Notes: generated from the letters alone by a model not told the origin. A stretch of 64,000 nt of DNA from Cyanophora paradoxa CCMP329 (GCA_004431415.1 QPMI01000188.1:1-64000); one strand, 5' to 3'. Positions 12,544 to 23,450 are shown, counted from the first letter of the stretch. Made by a program: numbers and translations.

Positions 12544-12590
12544 TTGCAAGGGGGGAAAGAAGACCGAAGGTCTTCCCCCCTTGCTTCCCG
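12544..12590 (+). mobile_element. Hairpin terminus related to the 5' end of the 8808 element
   Basis: AATTGCAAGGGGGG-AAAGAAGACC-GAA-GGTCTTCCCCCCTTGCTTCCC has the same AATTGCAAGGGGGG...CCCTTGCT frame as 8806-8840. No matching distal inverted repeat was found. Confidence 0.45.
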
Positions 12591-13802
12591 TTCCCGGAGG
12601 AGAGGCGGAGGCGGAGGAGAAGGAGCTCGAGGTAAAGGGGAACGGCGCGAAAGCGGACCAGGGGGATCAAGAACATGCAAAAGGGCAGTCAAAGTTCTCC
12701 GTATACGCATACTAAGTTATTGGGGAAGGGTAAAACACTTCCCCTGTCCCTCTCCTTTGGGCCCAACCCTACCCCAAATCGCGTTTCCCCGACCTCCTCA
12801 AAACCCGGGCCGCGCGGTACACCCTGAAAGCCCATCCCCAGGGGACCCCGAAACCGTGTCTCCCGGTCCCGTCCGACCAAAGGGTGATCCAGGAACAGGC
12901 ACCAACACCCGGGACAAAAATGGGTCCAGCGACGCACAGGGAGCAGATATACGGGCCAGACCAGTTCGAGGTCAATGCTTGCATCATGCTTGACATTCCG
13001 TTCTGCAGGAACGAGGCCGGGCACGAGCGCGGTCGCGTGGGAGGACGCCGCGCGCGCTAGCCAATCACATTGGAGAGTGCGAACTTACCCTGCAAAAGTC
13101 TTTTTACGGTCCCCCCCAGCCGTTAATATTAGGTACCGCGCTTATTCTCGAAATCCACTGCGAGAACGCCAGATACATTACCCCCAAGTGAAACTAAATT
13201 CAAAATGTCAGCGCGTTAATTTAATAAAAAACGGCAATTTTAATTTTGCCCCCCCCCCCGCGGATCGATATCGATCGATCGAAGATCAGTTTAGGTTTTA
13301 AAGAAATTTTCATGCATGAAGTTCGCAGTCGCAGTGCCTACGCGCGTTCCACGCGCGTACCGCGCGCGCGCGCGCGTCACGGCGTACGTACCGGTACGGA
13401 CCGGGTCGGACCCGTACGCCGTGACGGTTACTACGGTACGTGCCACGGTGCGCCGCCACGGACCACGGTGCGCGTCGTGACCGTCGGACCGTGCGCATGC
13501 ACGTGTGACCGTCGGACGCGGGGCGACGCGAGCCGCCGGCCAGCCGCTCGCGACGACGACTCGTCCACTTGAGTCAACGTCATGACTGTGCTCGACTCTG
13601 TGAGCTGCCAGGCTGTCGGGCAACTTCTAAAAAAAATAAAAAAAACCCTTCACCCCTTCACCGGTACCACAGTACTACCACTACGTATATATACGATCCG
13701 ACTCGGCGTCGAGTTGGCGTCGTAACTTGGCGATCGGTTGACGTGTGTCACCACTGTCACGGTCCCGCGCGAGTCGAGTTTTCCCCAGCAGTTTAAGCTG
13801 GC

Positions 13803-13967
13803 CAGTGGCGTGCATGGAAAGTGGTAGATAACGGAAGTAACGGAAAACTGAAGTGGCGGATAACGGACGTTTCCGGAAATTCCGGAAAGTAACGGACAGC
13901 TTAAGTGGCGGATAGCGAAAAGTAACGGAAAGTAACGGAAACACGTACGCGTGCCACGGTGTGCACT
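13803..13967. mobile_element. Degenerate MITE-like unit with (T)AACGGA(A) and AAGTGGCGGATA internal repeats
   Basis: Starts CAGTGGCGTG and ends in a disrupted CACG..CCAC..CACTG. Contains about 6 TAACGGA motifs and 3 AAGTGG(C/T)(G/A)GATA motifs. Confidence 0.35.
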
Positions 13968-14636
13968 GTACTACGGTAATCTGCCGCTGTTAACGTTCTA
14001 CTGCTATAGCTACTGTAGGCTTTAAACGTAGCTACAGGCTACAGCCTGCAGCAGCAGCCGCTGAGCTGTCGTTACCCGGCCGCGGTTGCGCTTATTTAGC
14101 AACCGTGTACATACCGTAGTACGTATATACTAGTGCTACTGCGCATGCAGCTAGCCGTTGAGCGCTGCTGCGCATCCTTGCAATTGTGCAGACGGAGCAC
14201 ATCATGACCAGCAGGTAAATTCGAAGTCAACGCGTACGCGTACGCAGCGCTAGCGAAAACAGTGATTATTTCGAAGCCGCTGAGCACCCGTTCCTTAAGT
14301 AGCGCGACTGTATATTCGAATACGTATACGAAGCCGAGGAAGATTATTCTTTTAATTTGTCCTGAAAACGTCTGCATGTAAATTGCTTTCTTCCTGCATG
14401 TCCGACAGTCATCATGGCATGGTCATCAGTAAATGGGGGGGTGCGGGGGGGCTTGCCCCCCTGCTTGTAACAATATATATTTATATTGCGCATATATGCG
14501 CATGCGCACGGAACTCCGAATTAAACACATGCGCATGCGCATGCGCATGCAAATTCAATCTCAGTCGCGTGTTCTGAAGTCGACAGACTGGACGGATCCG
14601 GACCCACGGCCGGGACCCCGCCGCCGCGGGCGCCAC

Positions 14637-14788
14637 CAGCTGCAGATCTAGAAGAGGCCGCATCCTGCCCGCCGGTTCAGACGTCCTCCGCCCAGCCTGG
14701 GCCAGGGGTCCGCGAGTCCTCTCAGCTGAGGCTCTCGAGCTCAGCTCATTTACTCGGATCGGCAGCTGCAGATCTAGAAGAGGCCGCA
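14637..14788. repeat. Direct repeat CAGCTGCAGATCTAGAAGAGGCCGCA x2
   Basis: Identical 26-mer at ~14637 and ~14763. Confidence 0.8.
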
Positions 14789-15262
14789 CTCGGGAGTATA
14801 CCTTTACAGTTCTTGCAATGCGAGCCACATGCCGCATGCTGCAGCTGGCCATGGCCGCGGGCTCTAGTTATAAGCGCGCTAGCCTATAGCTAGTAGCCTA
14901 GTAGCAATCGCAATAATAATCGTCCGGCGTCAATCGCCAAGTCGTGATGATCACAGTACAATTTTCGTTGCTGTGAGACGTTTATCTGTGAAAAACTTTA
15001 GCTATCATATGAACGATACATATACACCGATTGAGAAGCCCATTTCAGGGCATGGCTCGATCGTGGTACGGATATCGATCTAATACTTCAAAAAAATCCT
15101 ACTGCTAATTATATAACCGAAAGCGAAATTGCGAAAATTGGAAGAAGCGCTTTAAGACGCTCGCCACTATTTTATTGAGGCCGCCTAGGCGCCAAGCCTT
15201 GAAGGTAATGTAGTCCAACGGTCGACGACGCTGCGGCAGTGTCGAGAGATCGACGCATTGCT

Positions 15263-18200
15263 TTAGGTCGCCGCATGCAGCGCGAGGGCGACGGCGATGG
15301 ACACGAGGCCGCAGAGGAAGCTCGAGAAAAGCGAGCTCTGACCGCGCAGGGGTAAGCGATGAGCAGGAGAGCGATGGCATGGGGCTAAAAGCTCGCGAAC
15401 CGCGTAGGTGGACGCTGCAGCATTCGGCCGGTAGGGCACCGAAGCGCTGGTTCCAACCGGCGTCCACTGGAAAGCCTGCGCGCACAGCGTTGGAAACCAA
15501 AAAAAATTTAAACTTGAAAGAAGGATTGCGGGTTATGTATAAATGGACGTTCTGCTGCCAGGCTGAACGACAGCGAACCTTGCCGATAACGATGGGCACG
15601 AAGGCGGGCGCCCCGGTGGCCGGATCGATGCGGAGGTCGTACTGCGGAAAAGTGCGAGTGATCATGAGCTCATCCTGTTTCGAACTCGAGCCGAATGGCA
15701 GTGCTGGCTTAAAGCTTACGGCGGTGTTGGCTGCAAACTGGAGGAGGCGACGACGCGCAAGTGCCGGGGCCTCTGCGAAAGATTGGATTTGAACAACAAT
15801 GTAGAGATATCGATGAAAACTTGGAGAAAGCTTCGGCGCACTGAATTGGAGGATCGCGTTGCTGCCCTCCGCCACGACGGACTCTTCGGTCGCCGGGCGC
15901 TCCATCTTCCCGTCCACGCTGACAATGGAAACTTCCACATTGGCCCCGACCTGCGGATATGAAATTGGCGGCCCAACAAACGCGACAGGGTAATTTGAAC
16001 CCTCATTATCAAAGCATCCCGGCGCACCGCCAGAACGCCGGTGACTGGGACCCTGATGAACTCGTTCGCGCCGGATCCCGTCTGCCAAACGGAGCCCCTT
16101 TCAGGCCGCCATGTACATGCATACGTGCAGATGTGTTTGCAACTTCAAGTTCAGCTGCCAATTACCTGCCGTGCAGAGAACTCGGTCCGATTCAGGTCGA
16201 CCCTGTACACGGCATTGCCTTTCCCGTCCTGCCCAGGTGAAGCACGAGCGTTCATAACGTTAACACGGACAAGGTGCACGTGTATTTTCGGCTTTTAAAA
16301 AAGCACGATACCGTGTCGAGCCTGAAGTCGTTTTTGGTGAACTGTATATTTAAAAAGCAGTACTCGTCAGACGATGGAGCCGGGGACCCTTTTCGGACAA
16401 GGGGATTCAAAGTCGAACCGTGAAGGAGCCGATGACGACCTGCTTCGTCTCGTTCATGGTGATGAACGACTGCGCGCGGCGCGGCGGGCTTCAACGACAA
16501 CGACGTCGACGCCGGAGACGCCGAGGGGGGCTCGTGATCAGAGGGGCCGCACCAGCGGCGGCACGGCGGCCGGAGTCGGTGCCGGTGTGGGCTGATTCTG
16601 CTGCTGCTGCTGGCTGGGCGTCGCCATGGGCGTCGGAGTGGCGTCTGTCGTCGAGGGGACCGTGGTGGGTGTCGGGGCAGCATCCGGGGACGTGGTAGGC
16701 GAGGGAGACGGCGTGGCCAGCGCGGAGGGAGACGGAGAGGGCGACGGGGACGGCGAGGGCGAGGGGGACGGCGTGGGCGACGGAGTGGGCGACGGGGACG
16801 GCGAGGGAGACGGCGTCGGGATGTACACTGTACGCGATGCGCGAAACGGTAAGCACGGATACATCGATGCCCAGGAAGATGCGATCGAATGAATATTTAT
16901 GCGCGCTGTGCGCCGCACGCGCACCCGTGCCGTTCAGCCTGTGTGCAAAGACGAATGCGGCGCCCAATGTGGGTGCTTCTCCGCGCCAGCTGGCATAGAA
17001 GACCGGATTGGTGCGAACACCGATGCTGGTCAATCCAAGGCCGACGTGAGCGGAGCTGCGCATGCATTAAAAACCGTTCGGAGTAGGCAACGCAGAAACC
17101 CGATCCCGGCCGCCGCCTATCAGCAACCTCGAAGCTCATGATCACCTCGGGTTCGTGACCGAATCGATCCTCTGTTCAACCACCTCGCCGCCCGTGGAAT
17201 TCACTGACAAGATGAAGCTGCTCGATGCGGTGCCCGTAGCGTCTTTGTCGTAGATCGACGCCAAGAGCCGCCAGTACCCGTACCTTCGAGTAGGAGCGAG
17301 GTTCATTGTTCGTAAATGAAACGACAGTTCAACGGTTTTATAATTATCTGAATCGACATGGCGTACGCGTTCTTGACAACGGCAAGGTCTATCGGAAACT
17401 TCCAGGAGGCGTGGGACGCGAAGATCGACCCCGTGACACTCGACCCCGTCGCATCGATCTGGTCATGATCATGGATTAATATTGAATGTCAGTTTCAATG
17501 TCAGTTTTGAATTATACGATGCAGATCTAGAATTACGAACTTTGGTGATGGTTCCGCCGAATGCGACCTGCGAAAGAGCATCATTGGACAAATGAGCGCA
17601 TTCTTTTTTTATTACAGATCTTATAATTATATATATATATATAGCGCAGTCGACGTCTAGATCTGTTTTATCACAGATCTAGATCTTCTGAAAAATGTAT
17701 ACTCACGTAGAATATCGGTTTACCGCCGACGTCCTCTACAGTCATCGCGACAGGAAAGGCCTGGGCAGTGTTTTTATCCGTCGGTAGCGTAAGTCCGCCC
17801 AGCGATGCAGCCTCCACGGTGAAATCGGTTCGGAGACCGGTGCCTGTTAACGTTGAGCATGCGCATAAGCGCGCCGATCAGCGTACAATAACATAATTAT
17901 AATGCAGTGGCGGGTGCGGGGAAAGCAGAGCATAGTGAATGAACCCACCGTCCTCTGCGTAGCTGAACAGGCTAGGTAGCGGAAGCGCGAGCAGACCGCG
18001 TCTGGCAGCGGCTGTCGCCGCAACGCCGATCCAGTAGAGGCGGCCTCCGTGCGCCGCGATTGCCGAAGGAAGGTAATGATTCCCTGGCGTGATATAAATT
18101 CGTTTCATCAGTGTTTCGCTGAGCTGATGCTTCGCAATTGTTATTGAACGAACCGGCGATGGCTGAGCTCGAGGCTCCGGCCGCGGGGGTTCCGGACGCG

Positions 18201-19213
18201 TCTATGTTGAAGGAGTAGAAGGTTTTCAAAGTGTTTTGAGAGGGATCGGAGTTGAGAGTGACGGCGCCGAGAAACAGTTTGCCACCACCACCATCTCCAG
18301 CTCCGAGGAAGAAGAGCTTCGAAGCGCTTCCGACTGCCAGAGGCATTTTCTGCAAGCCAGTATTGATCTTCCCGTTCCTGCGCCGAACGCAAGACGACTC
18401 TTGAGCAGAAAGATTGTGGTGACGGCCCTCGCGATCGTATATATATCATGATGACGTAGAAAAGACGAGATATATATGAACGTTTAATGCACCCGAACAC
18501 AGTAGTAGCAGCGATGGCTGTAACAGCGGAAGCGCCGGCGGCCGGCAACCCATCCGACCACTTAACTGTATTCAAACGGTTGATGTCAGCGAGATATTCA
18601 GATAGGAGTAGAGGACACAAAATCAAGTGAAACGCGCGCACCTTCAAGATTACCCGCAACGAGCGAAGATCCGCATGTGCTGTCCACGCGAAAAATGCCG
18701 TTGTAACCGCTGACGTACAAGCTGTCATCGAAGGTCGAGTACGCCATTCCTGCACGATACACGATCACATGTGCCACGGTGAGCGCAAGGTTTCCGACGC
18801 TCTTCTCGACCTATTCATAAGTAACCGTATACATGCATATGCATTTAATTTTCCACTTAACTAATTCCCATATGCGCTCACCGAGAATGCCAGAAAACTG
18901 TGTCGCGGAACCCACTCCTACGGTCGAGGTACCGTAGGACGAGTAAGTCTTCCCAGCGCAGAACAGGGAACTGCCGGCCTCGAGGCTGTCGGGATTCGCC
19001 GGAGGGGCCGCCACGACTGCCGCACGCGCGCGTGCGTGAGATTTTGACGACGGCAAGCGGCCGGACAATCCCGGCCGCGGCTGCACCAAGAGTGCACTTT
19101 TAACTTGGCGGCGCAGATCTAGACGCACCGCAGGCGACGAGGATGGAGGCGACGGCGAGCCGCATCGCGAGTGCGCGTGCGGTCGCGCGTCGCGATCGAG
19201 GCGAGCTGTCCAT
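15263..19213 (-). CDS. Multi-exon secreted/GPI-anchored surface protein with (SP/TP)n stalk
   Basis: N-terminal MRLAVASILVAC signal-like stretch; globular exons (e.g. SKLFFLGAGDGGGGKLFLGAVTLNSD); [15 protein letters not shown] tract at ~16700-16820; an RRRLLQ motif at ~15740-15755; hydrophobic C-terminus SSLFSSFLCGLVSIAVALALHAAT*. Confidence 0.7.
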
Positions 19214-19844
19214 GGGCGATCTCATTGCGATCGATCTCTTGTCTTGAGCTCGCGGATGCCTCGAGAACCAATTCTAGATCTGCTCAGCTGTGGCTGCAGC
19301 TGCGTCCGGCGCTGGCGTTGAAGCCTTCTTGCCAAGTTGAGGATTTTCGACAACTTGTAAATTTCCGTCAACAGGAGGACTCCGGGACTCTGAGGCGCAC
19401 TGAGGCACTGCGGCACTGCGGCAAACGATAACTGACGTTTTTAACTGTAGTACTCGCGGGCCGCGACCGCGAACATGGCCAGTAATACAGTAATTCAACG
19501 TTAACGATTGATAATGTTACTCACGACTCAGAGTCGCAAGTACCGTTACTACCGTGTGAGCTCACTGAGTCACATGTACATGTACAGTGAGCACGTGTAA
19601 CCGTTCAACGGTTGAACGTTTGGGATCCGATGATCCTGCGGATTCCTGCCAGGATGTCTCAGTGAGTGACAGTGACAACTACTGACTATATGCTATAGCT
19701 TGTAATCGTCAGTGATTTCTGAATCCTCCGAGGCTCGCGATATCGATCGAGCTTAGGACCTGCGCATGCCTCATCGAAGACTCTGAGCCTCGAAACTCTG
19801 ATGAAACTTTGAAAAACGTTTTTGGACCCGGACGTTCCGGACCC

Positions 19845-19972
19845 CCAACAGTGAGTCACAGTAGGGTCCGGCCGAGCCGCTGGAAACAGCGGCGCGTGGG
19901 GAGGGGGGCAACCCCCTCCCTGCCTGGCCGGACCTATCCGAGCAAATTTTTTTTCCAACAGTGAGTCACAGT
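19845..19972. other. Multi-hairpin cassette between 18-bp direct repeats
   Basis: CCAACAGTGAGTCACAGT at 19845-19862 and 19955-19972. Between them an outer stem GGTCCGGCC/GGCCGGACC encloses hairpins GCCGCTG-GAAA-CAGCGGC and GGGAGGGGG-GCAA-CCCCCTCCC. Confidence 0.7.
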
Positions 19973-21084
19973 GTGACAGGGAGCAACATGTACAAGGACA
20001 CCCAAATCATTGAATTGGGGCCCCAATGCGGACACCCGTAAAAAAACTCGGCTCTCACGGAATGGACCAGGCAGCTTTTAAGAAAAATAAATGCGATAAT
20101 GTTTTTCCCTTCACTGAGTCACTCGAGCTCGCAGACTTCGAACTCGGGACGTGCATATGACTTGGCCCGTGGCGGTTGAAGTTGGCGCACCGCCGCGCAC
20201 CGTGCGGCGCACGGTGGCGGTCGGGTACTGTAGTACGCCGGCGTAACGCCGCGTACCAGTACCGTCACGGCAGTACGTGGCACCGGCCGGACGCTACCGT
20301 ACGCGTAGCACCGGTAGCGCTAGCCTGCAGGACATGCGACAGGCGCGCCGCGCGCGCGGCATGCCGCAGTGCATTCGTCACAAAATAATATTGTCGAAAT
20401 TAAGACTTCACCGAAGTGTATGCTACCTAGCGCTGTCGCCGCGAGCCTGACGAATATAAACGAAATAAAGACGCTGTCGAAGATTCCTACGTTTACAGTA
20501 GTATACGTACGTATAACCGCAGGACTTGCGCGCAGGCTCGCGGCGGCCACTGCAGCTGCAGTTCCAGTTCCGCAGCGCCCGTCCCCCCCCGCGCCCCTAG
20601 GCCTTGTCCTCGTGCGTGCGCTCCGGATCCTCGCCCGCGCGCACCCCGTCCTCCGATCGATATCGGAATTCGTGCGCTCCCCGCGCCGGGGCGCCCCGCT
20701 CCCTCCGCGGCCCCGGGGCCCCCGCGCCCCGGCTCTGATGCCGCGCCCCTTGCCCATCCTCAAGCCCCCCCGCCGCCCTCCTCGCCCTCGACGTCAAGGG
20801 ACGAGCTGGGACGTCGACCGCGCAGTCGCGCGAGTCGGCGCGACTAGGAAGCAGGGACGGTACCCCCCCATAATCCCGCCAGTATCAAATACTAGTATTC
20901 GTCAAAGCGAGGGTCTGATCATGATGAATATCGACGAAATAACGACAGTGCACACAGTTTACAGTTTACAGTAGTACGTATAGCCAACGCCGCGGTATAG
21001 GTAGTACGTACCGTACTACGCGGCTACGCCTAGTACGGTCACCGGGTACCGGGTACTACGGCGGGTAATCTTTAGGTACGTAGA

Positions 21085-23165
21085 CTGAGCCTCGGAGGTC
21101 GGGACTCGGGACTCGGGAGTCGGGACTCGGGACTCGGGAGTACTAGTCGGAGTCGGAGTCAGAGTCACCGAGTCGAATATTTGATACTTGTGAATTGAAA
21201 AATTTGAATGGAGACAGGGGTACCAGCAGCTGACTTGTCTATGGCGAATTCGAAGTTGCGGGGTTGACGAAAATATGCATATGATGCTGGCGATCCATAA
21301 TTTCGTCACGATTTTCGGGTTTTGTCGAGACTGTACTACGGTACATGTGGCCGGCAATTTACCAAAACCCAATTTGTCGAAATTAAGTCTCGACAAAAAT
21401 TCATACAGTTACAGGAGATCTACTCGGATCATCGGGAGTCGGGAGTCGGAGGAGATTGTCGAATCGACTCGGATCGTCGAATCGACTCGGGAGTCGGAGG
21501 AGAGTTTTTCTTGTGCTAAAGTTTAAGTAGTAAAATAAGTACCAGTTGATTCGAATCGGGAATCGAAAATAAAAAGCACATGGGGCGCGGCCGTCGGGAA
21601 TTCGAATCGATGTATTGATAATTAGATATCGATATCCGGACCGGGATGACGGCGGGATATCGATTCCCGGTGTTCGTATACCTATACAATTCAAATTCAG
21701 AAATATCAATTACTGGCTTTTCAAACCCAAACCCTTCGATCAACGTTAACCGACTTTTTGCTTTTCTGTTTTATTTGCTTTTACTTTCTTTTTCTTTTTT
21801 GTTTTTATTTGCAGACCGTCGAGTTTGGGAGTCGACGGGAACGGGTCCTCGCATGCGCATGCGGAGTTCAGGGGAACCAGGCTACCAGCAGCTGACCTGT
21901 CTATGGCGAATTCGCAGTTGCGGGGTTGACGAAAATATGATGCCATGATGCTGGCGATCCATATTTTCGTCACGATTTTCGGGTTTTGTCGAGACTAGCG
22001 CTAGCTGTGGGCCTGCAGCTGTGGCCGGTAATTCACCAAAACCCAGTTCGTCGAAATTAAGTTGACGAAAATTTGTTCGTTTACAGTAGTTCTACTTGGA
22101 TCGAGTGCATCGGATCATCGGATCGTCGAATCGACTCGCGATCGGGAGACGGAGGAGAGTTTTTCTTGTTACCGTCTTTTCAAACCCTTCGATCAACCGA
22201 CTTTCTTCTTTTCTTTTTATTTTCTTTTTCCTTTTTGTTTTGATTTGCAGACTGTCGAGTCGGGGTCCTCGGGAAGTCGACGGGGACTCGGCGGCGAGTC
22301 GGCGGACTCGGCGCCCGAACTTCGGAAGAGCTGCGGATCCTTGAAATACCGTAGTACTCCTGCGCATGCGCCGCGATGATGCGCGCTCGGAAATTCATCC
22401 TAATGTATCGTAGATTCACTGCCAGGCTGAGTCACCGCGAGCTTTACCAAGTTAGCAGTTTAACTTAGCACACCTAGGCCTCGTACCGTCGTTCGTGCGT
22501 CACGGCGTCACGGAACGGGTAACGTATACGTACCGCTCCCGGTGTCCAGGGCGGCTCGGTGTCCATCTGCGAGGCTGCGCGGCTGCGCATGCACATGCGC
22601 AGCGAGAAGCGAGGTGCACGTCGTCACCGCCGGCGTCACGTCGATTCGCGCGCAATAAAATATAATCTTCAATTAAATCGAATCGGCCTTGTCAGTCTCA
22701 GAGTCTCGAGTCTCAGAGTCTGCATGCGCAGCTGCAGCCTGCAGGCTGCAGCTGGGCCGCCCGGCCGCGCCGGGCCCCCGGCCGGCCCCGGCGGCCCGCG
22801 GCGCGCCGGCGGGCCCGGGGAGGGCCGGGAGGCTGGGAGCCTGGGCCCGGCGCCCGGGGATCCGGACTCGCGATCGCGAGTCGCGATCCGGACTCGGGAT
22901 TCGGGAGTCGGGACTAGCTATAGGGCTGTGGTCGCTCGTTGTTGCTTCGCTCGCGAGGTTCTAGCGGCCGCTACCGTACGCGTAGTACGCTCGGCGTTTT
23001 CCGCCAGCGGCGCCTCCTCGCTTGGCGTTTTTTTGTGGCCGACAGGCGCCAAAAACAGCCCCACCCCGCTTTTTCCTCATCTGAAGGTCAACCTGGGTCC
23101 TTTTTCTGAGTCGCGACTCGCGACTCGCGATCGGGATTCGGGAGTCGGGACTCGGGAGTTGGGTC
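21085..23165. mobile_element. Decayed DNA-transposon-like repeat block with GGAGTC/GGGACTC subterminal-type repeats
   Basis: (GGGACTC/GGAGTC)n clusters at 21098-21175, 21435-21500, 22860-22915 and 23105-23160. A diverged tandem duplication spans ~21220-21860 and ~21880-22310. No transposase ORF was seen. Confidence 0.55.
22341..22660 (-). pseudogene. Relic third copy (exon 1, intron 1, start of exon 2) of the 11290-12158 gene
   Basis: GCGCGCTCGGAAATTCATCCT.ATGT.TCGTAGAT and GTACCGCTC.CGGTGT.CAGGGCGGCTCGG match 12058-12150. The copy is interrupted by small insertions and truncated. Confidence 0.75.
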
Positions 23166-23450
23166 CGAATCGCCGAGCCGGGAATTCGAGCACTTCATTC
23201 AAAAAAGAGTGTGAGAGAGCTCGAGAGGCTCGAAATGGTGAAAGGAGGCGAGGGGTACTGTTCAAATCAACAGCGCCCTATACATAATAATTAAATGCAG
23301 CGCTCCCAAAAGAACATCTAATTGAATATTGCAATTGATGCTCGCGGTCGATCGTGAATCGCCAGGAGCTATAATTACATCACGCTGTCTATGGCTAAGC
23401 CTCCAGCAGTTGCCCCCAGGCCCCGGGCCGACATGGACAGCCTGGCAGCG

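Noticed and set aside
19790-19830. CTGATGA...GAAA hammerhead-like core
   Set aside because: No stem II pairing between the motifs and no stems I/III.
19873-19930. GAGCCG..GAAA..CGGC followed by a GCAA hairpin resembles group II intron domains V-VI
   Set aside because: The stem is too short, lacks the catalytic bulge and branch A, and there are no upstream domains or RT ORF.
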